This document shows, one piece after another, positions 14,856-28,065 of a stretch of DNA of 64,000 bases. A program made the translations under genes and the position numbers. The notes below the pieces were generated by a model. That model did no database searches and had not been told where the DNA came from. It was given only the letters and a program-made list of their open reading frames with translations. Position 1 is the first letter of the stretch. Every line of letters starts with the position of its first letter. This DNA is from Phoronis australis (lineage: Eukaryota; Animalia; Phoronida), in contig NMRA01000023.1 of the NCBI GenBank assembly GCA_002633005.1, positions 178,580 through 242,579 of the forward strand, read 5' to 3'.

Positions 14856-15789
14856 AGGCTACGATACTACAACATCCTCTTTAACAAATACGTCTGTAAA
14901 GTAATGATTAATGATGATAACTTGATCCAGTAGCATTTGTATATAAATGTCTTATTAAGTTGGTGTCCTGAGAGGCAATATTTGATAGGACCTACAGAAT
15001 TTGGAGTATGAGTTGTGGGGTTTCCTAATTTTACTCTGTCATTTTGTTATGAGCCCCACTTCATTTATGAAAATCAATTGTATTTCATCTGAAGCTACTT
15101 GCATTGGCAGATTCCGCAGTCCCATGAAATTTACGGTTCCCCATGGGTTTGCAATGGAAGATTGGACTAGCCAAAAAGTGTCTTGCTAAAAAAAGAAATG
15201 TTTTTTGATATGGAACTCACGTTATATTGTAGAAAAAAGGTTATTGAAGTCATATCAACTTTCACCTGTTTTGGAGAACTTCTCAAGGCTCACGCGGAAC
15301 TGTACTTGGTGTAGTAAATTTGATGTTTTTCATAGATTTCCTATGTTTGGGTTAAAACGTATGTGCTCCCATTGTATGTTTGCGATATGATTCGTACGGA
15401 AGTTGGTAGAAAGGAGGCGAAAGGAGATGAGCATTTCTACCGTTCGATTGTCAGTTCCAAGGGCTTAAGTCATTATGAAAATGTAATATGATGGAAGTTA
15501 ATTTGTTTTAGCAAGCTTTTTTACCATTTTTCACAGGTTTTAATTTAATTAAAACCTTCCAACGCAGCTGTTTTAATGCTTGCGTGGGACCCGTCTGCCT
15601 GTCCAGTCGGTACCCTGTTCACATGTCATTAACAACTAGGATGGAAAGTAAGCTTGATCGATCGTTCCTAATTTGTAAAAAAAACATTTTTTTCTTAAAA
15701 AAATCCCCCTACACCTAAGACAAACCTCTTTTTAGACTAAATCTATTTATATTTTGATTTCCTTGTAACCCTGCTATCTCTAATTCCAA

Positions 15790-16460
15790 CCTTATGTCTC
15801 ACTCTCACCCTCACCCTCATCTTCAACCTCGCCCTTATCATCACCCTCACCCTCAAATTTACTCTCAGCCTCACCCTCACCCTAACCAACACCCAACCCT
15901 TAATCCTAAACGTAACCCTAACCCTCACCCTAAACTTCACCCTCATCCTCCCCCTCACCCTAACCCTAACCTTAACCCTACACCCAAAACCTTACCCTAA
16001 CGTAACCCTAACCCAACCATAAAACTAACCCTCAACCTAAGCCTAGCTCTAACCTAACCCTAACCCAAACCTTAAGCCTAACCTAATCATAACCCTAACC
16101 CTAACCCTAAATCTAATCCTAACCCTAACCCTAGCACTAACCCTAACCCTAACCCTAGCACTAACCCTAACCCTGTGCGTAACCATAATCCTAATCATAT
16201 CCCTAAATCTAATCCTAACCCTAAGTCTAACCCTAACATAACCTTAACCTTAAACCTAAACTTACCCTAACCCTAAACGTAAATCTAACTTTAACCTAAC
16301 CCTAACTCTAACTCTAACCCTAACTCTATAATTATCCCTAACCCTATATCTTATCCTCACCCTCAACTTCACCCTCACCCACATCCCCACAAATACCCTC
16401 AAACTCACCCTCACCCTAACACTCACGTTCACCCTCGCCCTAACTTAGGGGCCTAACCCT
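15790..16460. repeat. Degenerate interstitial telomere-like tract (CCCTAA/CCCTCA)n
   Basis: ~670 bp of hexamer repeats with pure TAACCC runs near 16090-16170. Confidence 0.9.
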
Positions 16461-17229
16461 CGAAGTGGTCTATTGACGGCATTCAAGAGACCACCCTGTT
16501 TTTGTTTTTATTGACAAATTCTTATGGGGTCACTCACGGAGAGAGGGCCCAATGTTGAAATCGACTGCCTCTATTTTCCTGTTTTCGTGAAGCCGTACAA
16601 CCGGCTTTCATGACGATGGAATGAACTGTCACTCTATTCCAAGCTTAATGATGTTTAGCCTTTTACCTTAAGGTGCCCCATTTCAGACGGAGCCCTCTGT
16701 CGGTAGGGTAGTTTTGGTGGAATTATCCCTCTGTCATGTAAAACAAACTGCTAAGTCTTTACGAGGGTAAGTTGAGATTCCAAATTCATCTCCTTAACCC
16801 TTTACAGGATCTTTATTAAATTCAGGAAGTGCATTTTTGTGAAGTTGACAACAAACAACGACTACATGTACTTTCTGACGGATCTGACAATCACTGTGCC
16901 CCTAGAGGCAATTGAATTTTCCGTTTTCCTATGTTTCTCTGAAGCTGCTTGACGGATTTTTATGAAATTTGATGAATACCTTTCTATTGAAATGATGACA
17001 TGTTCCAGTTTTCGGATGGATTTGTCATATTTTGCGCCATCTAGTGGCCACATTTACTGTTTCCTAATCTGTTTTTGGCATCTTCCCATCTGTTAACCAA
17101 ACCACTCTAAGTATGATTGTGAAAATTGTCATATATGTTCTTAGTGTGAAGAGTATGGTTGATGGCGATTTTCCGACAACGTCACCTACTGTTTCACCTC
17201 TTGTAGCAGTTATGCTTTGTTTTGCGAAC

Positions 17230-18430
17230 ATAGCCTCCAAGTATACATAGTCTTTTACAAAGGCGCATAGTTTGAAGCAGTCCACGATGAATGGTTCAAG
17301 TAAATTTGCGCCGTAACTCTTTTGAATGGACTCGACAACCTCAATGGGCTTAGTGCCAAGCTGCAAAACCATATGTTGACATTGTAGAGGCTTGCAAGCT
17401 CATTCACACAGCAGTTGACGAAGTGCAAGCTTTGGAAACAAATATCGAAAGTTTCTGAGTTGAATGGTTCTAAGACCCACAGATCATTGGATCCAATACA
17501 CAAACTCCTCGGCAGTCCAGACAACAAAAGCACAGGGGTAACTTTCTTGCAGAAACGCCCAGGTAATAAATTATAATTCTACATAGTTTGTTGGTTTTCT
17601 TACATATTTTTTTCTTTGATCCTTTTGCACAAGGTAAACAAAATAGAAATTATTTTCGGACATGCCAAAGTTACCTGGTAAAGCACAGGGTCTACGAGCC
17701 CACAGAAACTAATTATAGTTTGTATTTCCACTTGTTTTTTTATCTGCTTCTTGAGCAAAATCTAATTCACATACTACGTAGTTAAATGTGAAGTCAATAA
17801 TTGTTTCTTCCAGTAAGTACTACAGAAGAACAGTGGGAATACCCTTCCAGACAACCTCTCATATCAGCTGACCAACAGGTTTCGAAAGACACCTGGCATG
17901 TGGAAGCTGTCATTCCTTATGCCATTAGTGGTTAGCAGGGTGAGTAATGTAGACTTAGGCTCACTGGAGGATTAGCTGAACTTCTGGGACATAGACTTAC
18001 CATCATCAAATTCCCTGAAAATGACTGGCTCTCTTCTGACTTTCGGCATTTTTAATAACACGTTTTGTCTTCTGTTGAATTACCGATTGCCCTATGTAAT
18101 AGCATAAACATAAACATAAACATAAATGTATCAATAACATTCAAGCACGCAGACGGCGACATCTTCCCAAACGCCAGGGAGCTGTTATTGATAGGATGTC
18201 TGTCTGCTGTTGGATCCTGTGAGGCAGAGCGGTCACTTTATGTGCGGAGGCGTGTGAAGAAACATTTTAGGGATTCTATGTCTGAGGAAAGGCTTGCTGG
18301 GTTGACCACGCATTACGAGAAAACGAAAAAAATACACACGTCGCTGCTCGTCAAGCCCTTTACCAACACAAGGGTTGTGTTCCGCAAGTCCTTCTTGTTT
18401 GAGCAAAAGTGCGTCAAATTTTGTCAATGA
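17230..18430 (+). mobile_element. hAT transposase relic (PRKRIR/THAP12-like), intron-containing
   Basis: Motifs GLSAKLQ, PRQSRQQKHRGNFLAETP|gt..ag|KYYRRTVGIPF..DNL..QLTNRF, and hATC dimerisation region IFPNARELL..SCEAERS..RRVK..RDSMSEERLAGL. Confidence 0.75.
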
Positions 18431-19602
18431 GTAACGGCAAGATGTATAAAATATATGTATGAGCAACCATTGGGGATTACAGAGAGTCCAGAGAACAGTT
18501 TTCAATCAAGGCTTTTGCATAGAGTACTTTTGGTCCCTCGACGCACCAGGCCAGTTTACTTGTGTAGCTATTGATTTTCTAGGAGAACTGGTCTTGTAAA
18601 ATTTTTACCCCAATCAGAACTTTTGGTCATCTCAAGAAAATCCCACGAGACACATTAACTTCCACTAACTCGACAGGATGCATGGAAATTGCTACAAAAC
18701 AAAAACTGTCTTACACAGGATGGAGAAAAAAGAGAACCCCTTTCCCGACCTCCCACCGCTCGGTGCTACGCGCCTCGGATTCGTGAAAGGCGCGAATCCT
18801 AAGCGACCTCTTACTGAAAATGCAGATTTGCCACTGACACCCTTTTATACTGATACAATTAGTATAGAATTAAACAGTAACATAATGCTTCTAATTTAAA
18901 TCTTTAGTGTGCACTACTGTGATGTTTGGTAACTTTCCGATTTAATAGGATTATATAATGCATTATGATATAATATAAACCATATAGAATATATTTCTAC
19001 TCTATGCTGTGATAATTTTTGATGTGGAGCTAATTTTTTTTAATTTTATCTTTTTCTGGTTCCTTAATTTTTCTTGAAAAAAGTGAAAAAGAGCATACTC
19101 ACTTAGAGGTGCTTATTGAATGTGGATGTGACACATCACAAAATTGACGAAAAATGTTGATTAAATAGCATTCCAAAGTTTATAATCTTTCAAAGATTAG
19201 TTCAGTAGCATGATGTTCCCTGAGAGCGAGTGCTGCACACTCATTGTTGTCTACGGGATGCTTTCGTTACCAAATACTTGATTATGGAAATATTTGCCTT
19301 TCAGTGGAAACTTCCGTTGAAATAGTGTCACAATATGAACTAAGTTGAAGTTGAATTGAGAAACGAAAACTCTAAGAAAGAAACGCGTGAAGATACATTA
19401 ATAAAATGAATATTTACAGGCAGCTCTACACATGTACCTCCGAACAATTGTACAGGTACCGTAAAACTACATTGTACACAGTACATGTAGCTTTAAAAAG
19501 TACCGCCCACCCGGAATTTTGGGTACACGTCTGCAGACATCTTATCAATATGAGTGATCCCACGCATTTATAGTAATCATACGTGTATCTTTATTCTTGA
19601 AG

Positions 19603-20193
19603 GCACCACCTACACGGGAAATCTATTGGTGAGACCAAAAAACGCCCAGAAGGGTTTCATTGTCTCCTGTGACAGCGGTTGGACAGTAATTCAGCGAAGG
19701 TTCGACGGCAGTTTGTACTTCAACAAAGCGTGGGTGGACTACAAAGTTGGGTTTGGGGAACCAATTGGCGAAATGTGGCTCGGTAACGACAACATTCACT
19801 ACATCACCCAGCAGGCTCAGTATAAAATACACTTAATTATGACGCTATAGGATGGCACGCAATTTACACGCGATCACAGCGTGTTCGCAATTGCGCACGA
19901 GACCAGGAAGTACAGGATGACGGTGTCACCTGCGCTGCAGGAGAATGTGGAAACATCGAGCATTAACCAGCTCAACGGTGTACCATTCAATGATGGGCAC
20001 CGAAAAAATTGTGCCATTCAAAATAAGGAGGGGGTGGTGGTTCAAGAAATTTTGTAATATTTGCCTCAATAACCAATGCCCCCTCCACGGTACATGCCCT
20101 GTTAAAGACGTAAAAAGGTGTATGAAGATGAAGTCCGAGGGTGGAAACACATTCTTGTTAAAGCATTCCCTCATGAAAATAAAGAAGGTTTGA
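19603..20193 (+). pseudogene. Paralogous FReD terminal exon, disrupted
   Basis: Colinear with 10644-11248 with the same acceptor position (ttcttgaag|GC). In-frame TAG at 19848-19850 where the paralog has TGG, and a frameshift just before GWWF (~20020-20035). Ends KIKKV-TGA. Confidence 0.8.
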
Positions 20194-21739
20194 AGGTCCT
20201 TCCACATGGATGGAAGAAATATGCGGACACCAGATGAATTAAAGTGAAAGCTTCTTCAATGAAATTCTCGAAATAAGAGACTTCTTTACCATACTTGTAT
20301 GTTGAAGCACATGGTGCTTAAATAGTGAATGATCACGCGTGGCAGCTGCTTTCAAAAATTGGCATAGGAGGGTTCTCAACATGGTATATTTGTAACTGAT
20401 TGGAATTGATTATCATACACCAGACATGCAGTAACATCTCTGCACATCAGTATTAACAGAATCTTCTTGGAACACAGATATGTCTGCGTTTTGCATATCA
20501 AAACATCTGTATTAGTGGTGATTCCCTAATGAACCATAGTATAATACTACCGAACACAGTAAATAGTCTGATGAATAATAGAATTTAGATGCATACACGA
20601 AAATATTAAGAGATATTCCATGAGAAAACAAAAAAACAAAAAATCACTCTAGGGGTCATCTTTCAGATACAGCATAAACAATGTGAGTGTGATCGTGGTA
20701 TAGCTCTGATAAAAAGTCACCAATTTGACCCTTATTGTCCTCTTAAACTCTTACCTATAGGCTTCCAAATCTTCACGAAGAAAATGGCACTTTTTTCATT
20801 AGCAAAACAGCATATTTACAATAAAAAAGCGGTTAGACTGCGTGCAATGAGAGCAAACAAGTAACGGGATTAGGAAGTGGGACATGAGGACTACCAAACA
20901 GAATTGATAGTAATAGTTCCGATGCATTAATCACGTGAGAGAGGTAATAAATCCGGAAGCAACTTTTGGGTTGAAAGTGGGAGTCACTCAAGTGCTTCTA
21001 CAAGCCAGTTTGCAGGGTTGTGGCCATTGAAAGATATGTTTATTAGTAGTTCTAGGTTGCTTGAAGAAATTTAAGAGGTTTTTTGAATTGTCTTTTTCAC
21101 GTTTTGTTAGAAAAATGTCCCAATTTTGAGTATTTTTCACGTTTTAAACGACTGTTTTTTGTGAATTCATTACAATTCAAGTGAAAATGGTTTTAGGCAG
21201 AAAGAAATACTGATCATCAGAGACCATAACGCTGTGTGACAAATCCATTCGTCATTTCACAGACTTAGCCTTTATAACTGAGTGTGTCAGAGTTTACGCA
21301 GGCAAATGGGATGACTTACATGTACATGTACTACTTAAATGTGCCTCTATATACATTACTTTTATTTATGAATTGTCTACAACCCAGAAACTGTATATTG
21401 TTTCGCGATTTCTGGGTTTGTCATTATTTCTTTGTATGTTCTGTGTATTCTTCAATGAACATATATCACTTTAAAAAACATCTTTGCCTTGTGGCAATGC
21501 CCATCACGCTTGGCGAATTGAAATTGTTTGTTTTTTCAATTTGAAGACAAAGGCCTACATCACGGGAAACGTGTCATTATTTATGTGTTAGATTTTGACT
21601 AGTTGATCGAGTCGCCATCTTGGATGCCAGAGGAAGAACTTGTGAATTTAAAATTGCTTTTAAATTTAAAAGCAATTTAAAATTCCCTTACAAAATTAAG
21701 CTTTTCACTGAAAATTCTAAGTTTTCGGCCGAAAAAATA

Positions 21740-22986
21740 AGTTTTTGAAAGTTTGTTTACTACCGTCCCTGTTGTTGAAACTGTAGAAATAATAATATCT
21801 TCTATGTACAACTATGTATCAATGGCTCCTCCCAGTATTCCTAAACAGGTAATTCGAGATTTGTTATTACTTTGCGCTACAAAAGTACCTTTTAGGAACA
21901 TCGATGGCAAACTGTATTTACAAACCAATGGTGTATCCATGGGATCACCTCTCGGACCAACTTTTGCTGACTTTAGCATGTGCAACTTTGAAGCTAAGGT
22001 TATTGATAGTCTTCAGGAAAAGCCGAACATATCTTTATGATTGTCAACCATGATAAGCTGATGGAGATCAAACTCTCTTTAGAGCAAAATTCTGTATTAA
22101 AATTCACGCATGAATTACCAGTTAACAACAAGCTACCGTTCTTAGACGTGCTTAGTGATTATGATGAATCTGGCATTAAAACCTCAGTATACAGGAAACC
22201 TACATATGATGGGGTTTGTTTACATGAAACTATCCAATGTACTCTGAGATATAAACTCTCTGTTTTGACAAGCTTTTTGTAAAGAGCATATTCCGTTTTC
22301 TCAGACTGGAAAACCTTCAACACTGAGTGTAATCGCATTAAGCAAATTATGATAAATAACGGTTACAGCAATAAGTTTGTTGATGAGAATATGAAGCTTT
22401 TCATAAGCCAGTTGCAGAAGTCTATGTGTTTAAAACAATCAAGTGGTTGTACCAAGAAACTGTTCTACCGCAACCACATCCATTCACGTTATATTGAAGA
22501 TGAATTAGTTTTTAAACGGATCATCCATAATAATGTTAAGACCGTTAAGCCACAAGACAGCTTTAAGTTAATTATATATTACCAAAACCATAAAACTAAA
22601 GAGCTTGTTGTTAAAAACAATATGTGCTCAAAGTCTGTCCGAGTGTTAGCAAAAACTGACTTGATTTATCAGTTCAATTGTCCCCACAACGAATATATTC
22701 GTTCAAACACTGATTGCTCAAGGTATGTTGGTTATACAACTTGCACTTTATCTCTATCTCGCCGGTTATCTATGCATTTACAGAATGAATCAGTTAAAGA
22801 TCACTTCCAAACACTCACAAACAGAAAATTTCTCGTTCAGATATTGTTGAAAATACCATCGTCAGGTATTTCGAACGTGGCTCCTTTCGTTTGAAAATAC
22901 TCGAAGCTTTAATAATAAAAACGGAAACTCCTGACATAAATTCCCAAGATACTGGGTTCCATCGTACCTTGTCGTTATATAAATAA
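21740..22986 (+). mobile_element. Penelope-like retroelement relic (RT + GIY-YIG), 5'-truncated and decayed
   Basis: Motifs ESLFTTVPV, GVSMGSPLGPTFAD, LPFLDV, TSVYRKPT, NNGY, LIYQFNCP..YVGYTT and LKILEALIIK...IN. The YxDD segment is deleted. Several stops and frameshifts. Confidence 0.9.
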
Positions 22987-23402
22987 TGTCCATAAGTTGT
23001 AACACCTATGTATTTTATTAAATTTTATAACGTTTGATAGTACATTAGTTTCCATGACAACTCCTTCTGTAATTGCACTCTTATGTATGCAACCTTATAT
23101 TCGTGTTTAATGTCGTTGTTCTTGTTTCATGTATCTTATACGATAACGTTTACGATTTTTAAATTGATGTGCCTTTGATGACTGATGTATAGTCGAAGTA
23201 CCGCTACTGTTTTATTATGATATGTTTTGTAAAGAGTTTTATTATATATTTACTCATATATACATGTATGTGTTCGTGATGCCACTTACACTGGGCAATC
23301 TACTATATCAAATACCATCCCATGAAAGACACTTGTGTAGACACTACAAAAGTTTGTTGTACAAACTAATTAAAGCAAATAACAGCTTACTTTTCAATGC
23401 AA

Positions 23403-23452
23403 CATATATGTATATGTATATGTAAATGTACATGTACATGTACATGTACATG

Positions 23453-23502
<50 letters not shown>
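23403..23502. repeat. (TACATG)n + (TA)n microsatellite
   Basis: Direct reading. Confidence 0.95.
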
Positions 23503-23503
<1 letters not shown>

Positions 23504-23509
23504 CAACGT

Positions 23510-24345
23510 TCAATGAAAGGGAACGACTGCCTCGCACAGGTTAATCAAGCAGCAACACACAGTGACTATTTTATCAGCAGTTGGGGTTTCAATTTCTCCA
23601 CTGAAAAAGCCAATTAGCATGGTCGCCTGTAAAATCTTGTTCTAATAACCTTTTCTACATGAATACGAACATGAGCGATTTTTCTGGTACTTTCTATTTC
23701 TAGAGGCGAAAGTTGCGATTTGCCGTTAGTGAAAGCTGGAATAAGTGCCCTAGCACCCGTCATCCAAAGACTTTCTTGAATGTCGAACCCACGGTCCGCC
23801 AGAATACAGTGTAGCATCACCAGGCAAAATCTTATTCAAAAAGCCACAGTCACTGGCTATGAATTGATCACTACACCTGCTACCACAACGCTGAGACATA
23901 AAAGCTGTCACACCTTAGGGCGTAATTCCAATTAAAAATTTTTTAGTGTTGTGGTGTCTGTAGGTCTTGGCATTTGCCAATAAATTTGATGGCCTAACCG
24001 TAAAAATAATGACAGCTACTAGGACATAAAATATTTTGTCTAAATTCCATAGGCATTGTTTAACTTAATTCTTCTGTTTCTGGCCAGAAAATCAAAAACT
24101 TTAAACGATAACACATACATGTAACATTCATCACACTTTAAAAGGTTTCTGGTGCTGTTGATTTTGAGATTTGAAATCGTTATGCTAAGTCTTGTATGGA
24201 CAGGTTTAATCGTAGTCGCATCAATACAAGCAGCAGGTTCTGAAATTTGTCAAAACTGAGCACCCAGAATGTCCATGTAGTCAGCAACTAGGTTGAAAAC
24301 AGACATAAAAATTGAAAAACTAGGTAAGCCAAATTAGTACACCCC
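23510..24345 (-). mobile_element. PIF/Harbinger-related (ISL2EU-like) DDE_Tnp_4 transposase relic
   Basis: HTH FQNLLLVLMRLRLNLSIQDLA*RFQISKST; [11 protein letters not shown]; [33 protein letters not shown]; C-terminal DKIVTVCCCLINL. Multiple lesions. Confidence 0.85.
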
Positions 24346-24916
24346 AGCAATGATACAACACAGTACACTCAAATGCGCATACACGTTGGAGAAATCTCAG
24401 CTCGCGGCACCTCTATTCGTAATGGGGTGAGAACAGCCTGGCCCCTGAACTGATCAGTTACTCTACAGTGTAGTGCCATATCAGTCCGACGTACAAACCA
24501 AAGCGATCTTAGGGTCTTTTGGAAACGGAGACACTGAAATATTGTCTGTCCCATTGTTATTACTCAACCTCCGTACACCCACCATTTACTAATACTCTTC
24601 TCAAGCAATGCATTCTTTTGGAAACCACTCACTCGCGCTCACGGCTGGTGTAGAGCAGCGCAGTGACGGAGATAGAGCTTCAACTGATGACGTCACACAG
24701 AATTATAATATTTTACATTTCTTTCTTGATAGATATAAATCGGTAAATAAAACAACAAGAATGGATTAACTGAAATTTGAAATTTTCGGATGTAACAACT
24801 TCCTTTATCAACAAAAACAGAAATAAAGTAAAATCAAACACAAAATGACAATTGACATATAAGATATGGTGTAATGAAAATAATACATTTTTGCGTAAAA
24901 AATTCAATGACATATT

Positions 24917-25530
24917 TTAAGAAGTTTTTATGTTCAATCCATGAGGTTCTATTGTATTCAGTTTGTCTATCGAATATTGTTCTCTTTTAAGTCTGTGAGG
25001 GGTACTGGGGTGTTGGAGTATTTCTATTATTTGTACAGAAAGATCTTGAATATTATGGTTTTTGGAATTGAAATGATTACCTATAGTATCAGAAATGTTT
25101 TTATGTATTATGTTAAATCTATGATTACGAAACCGAGTTTGTAGATTATGTTGAGTTTGTCCTACGTATTGGATAGAACATTTTTTACAAGTTACATAAG
25201 GTAAATAATATTGGTGGTGGTGCAATCAGAATAATGTTTTATTTCAAAGTTTTCATTGGTTTGGGACGACTGGAAAAATGTGCTATCGTTGATGAAGTTA
25301 CACATTTTACACCTAGTTTTGTTACATTGTGTGTTGCCAATAGGTTTGTTAGTTTGGTGTATATTGTCGATATTAGCTTTAACTAAATAATTTTTTAGAT
25401 TTTTACATTTTCTCCAAGAAATTATAGGGGGATGAGGAAATAGGTTTTTCATTTGAGGGGAAATATGCAGCGTAGAAAGATGTTTTTGAAGACGTGGCTA
25501 ATTCCGTTTAAACATGGATTGAACATAGTT
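24917..25530 (-). mobile_element. Penelope-like element 3' part (Cys-rich linker + GIY-YIG endonuclease)
   Basis: Motifs PPIISWRKCKNLKNYLV, CNKTRCKMC, NIIYL/TCKKCSIQYVGQT..RFRNH, and RLKREQY..PHGLN. One frameshift. Confidence 0.9.
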
Positions 25531-26502
25531 ATGATAGAAGACAGATACTTAAAATATCGCATCAAATGTGTTGGGAACTGAACTCAAGCATTTATGAACA
25601 TGATATGAAGGGTTAAAGTCCGTTGGCAAGTAACACTGTGTTTGCTTTTTTAACTTTTACATGTATTTCTTAACACAAAGTACACAGATTGAAAAAAAAA
25701 AGATATTCAAATATTATATCAAAATTGTTGGTAACCGCATTCAAGCAAATATGGTTGTGGTACAACAGCCAGTAGAAGACACTGTTTCCAAAACTTTAAA
25801 ATGAGTCGTGTGTATCGATACCCGTCCGCCGTATACAACAATCCCAAGGCCTAACACAATCGGCCTTGTGGATTTAGTGCTAGCGTTGGGTAACACCGGT
25901 TCAACTCTGCTTGTCATTGACAGTGAGTGCTACACGTGTTTGCCTGATAATCAGTTTTATTCGCATTTTTTCGCGTGACAAATCGATAAATGTTCATAGT
26001 TCATAAGTCAATGTTCACTTTCCCCTTTTCAGTCTGAAAGATACAAGAAAAACAACATCATGCGACATTACCAAATGGCGATCACGAACGAAAATTGCGT
26101 TTGCGAAATAACCTGTAATTCAACCAGAGTTGTCGTTAAACTTAAAATACTGATCAATCTTATTAATATTTATAAGTATAAGACCGCCGAAGTTATTTTA
26201 TTTCAGATTTCACCAAAGCTGAAAAGCTATGACAAAGACTGACTTGAAAAACAGATCATGCGCAAGACTGCATACTTTGACGTTAGTTTTCACCTTTGCA
26301 CAATAACACATACAGTTCTGTGTTGGCTCATTTACGAGGGTACACATTTCCTTCCAGAAAAGGATCGTGTTGCTACGATTGATAGCATGGACATCACCAG
26401 ATGTATTACAGCATGAGCACTCGTGAGATCTGGGCCCGGGATATCATCACTGCACGAGAAATAGTTTTTGACATTTTCCGTTCTGCTGTATTCGAACTCA
26501 AG

Positions 26503-28065
26503 CAGTCCATTTCATAAAAGTGGTTTAACAAAGCCAAGTTTAAGACTTACACCTGGTCTTCATAAACCTGGTCTAATTTTAGACCTAATTTGGATTTCAC
26601 CAACGTGGTTTAAACGTCTGAAAGCCTGGTTTTGTTAGACCAGGGAGCGGGTTTAGTAAAACCAAGTTTAAAGTATCCAAGCCAGCCTAGTGTGTCGATC
26701 TGGATTAACGCAACAAAGAAACTATTGAAGTGCTTCAATGAAACCTTGATCATGTGAGTAAACAATGACACACAGTAGTAGAATCAGTGCAGACATTTGC
26801 GAAAACGGTCTAAAAGCTTTTCTCATGAGGAAAATGTTCGCTCCCAGAACTGATCAGAGAAAAAAACAAATGCTATAGAGAACAAGAAAACTTGTGCCAA
26901 ATCAAGTCAACGTAAGTAGCAGATTTGAAAAGATATTGGTCCTGACTGGCTGCACGTTTGCCACAAATGCAGCGACAAACAATTAAAGGGTATCACTAAA
27001 ATTGAAAACCAGAAAGAAAGTTTCATAAGTGAAAAAATTGCAAAGAAAAGCGGTGGAGGACCCAGTGGCATATAGATGATATCATGGGGGCATATTTTTC
27101 ATTTTGTGATGTCCAGTGGCGGATTTAGGGGGGGTCAAGAGGCCATGGCCCCTCTATAATTCTCTCAGATTCCATTTGGCAGTTCGGGGTTGCGAATGTA
27201 TGGCGAGCAAAATCCTGGCTAACAATCTGCCCTGCCCCCTCAACTCATAATCCTGGACTGAGTCAGTGCCCAAAACACGTACATACATTAAACCACATAA
27301 TCACGATTAGCCGCAACATAATAAATTTTTGCGGCCAAAAAGGGGGTGGTGTGGATCCGTGCCCGGCAACCTTAAATCGAGGACCAATAGAAGTGGAACT
27401 CAGAAGAATCAGAAAATGCCGTCTTCAGTCAAACCCGTAGTGCTTACAACGATGACGCTCTGCTCGACCAGTCGTATTCTAAGGAATCCGAAAGATACCC
27501 TGCAATACGTACTGGTCTACCCATAGACGAATATGAGGGGTCAAGGGGACTGGACCCACCTTTTTGTTTGATTTTTTGATATCAAATCTACAGTATTTAA
27601 ATTGTTGATTTGGAGCCCCCTTTAAATCCTTGATCCGACCCCCCATCTTTAAAAAAATCCTGGATCCACCCTGCTACATGTATGTTTGATCTTGTGTCGT
27701 TGTCAATCTGAAAATTGAAAATGGTCCATTCTCGCTCTAAAACTGCATCTTAAACGCACACCGCGCCATCATTCAGATGTACCTATATCGTGCAAGTCTG
27801 TCATATTTAACAGTATTACACCTAGATCTGACCAAGTCAAAGGTTAAACCTGGTTTAAGAACTTAATACAGGTCTAAGGAATATATAACTCGTTGGTGAA
27901 ATGAAAACTGACTTATACCGGGACTAAACTGAAGTTAAACCAGGTTTTACTAGACCACTGGTCTAAAAGTTAAACCAGCTTTATGAAATGCAGATTATCT
28001 TTAAACCTGGTCTAAGTCCGGTTTAAACCAGATTTAACTTTCATCCATCTTTATGAAATCGGTTG
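26503..28065 (+). mobile_element. Non-autonomous Harbinger derivative with Myb/SANT accessory-gene relic
   Basis: Imperfect TIRs (ATTTCATAAA..CTTTATGAAATCGG) with many AAACCTGGT/ACCAGGTTT subterminal motifs. 26800-27065 decodes, with lesions, to KRSKSFSHEE..ELIREK..IENKKT..RK*QI*KDI..KSGGGP, a Myb/SANT-like pattern. Confidence 0.65.

Noticed and set aside
14542-16000. ORFs rich in CV, RV or HP dipeptides
   Set aside because: They are translations of the (GT)n and (CCCTAA)n repeats and of an N gap.
23170-23200. Hammerhead core after the Penelope relic (TTGATGACT..AGTCGAAG)
   Set aside because: Only a short stem II is present, both core boxes deviate, and stems I and III are not evident.
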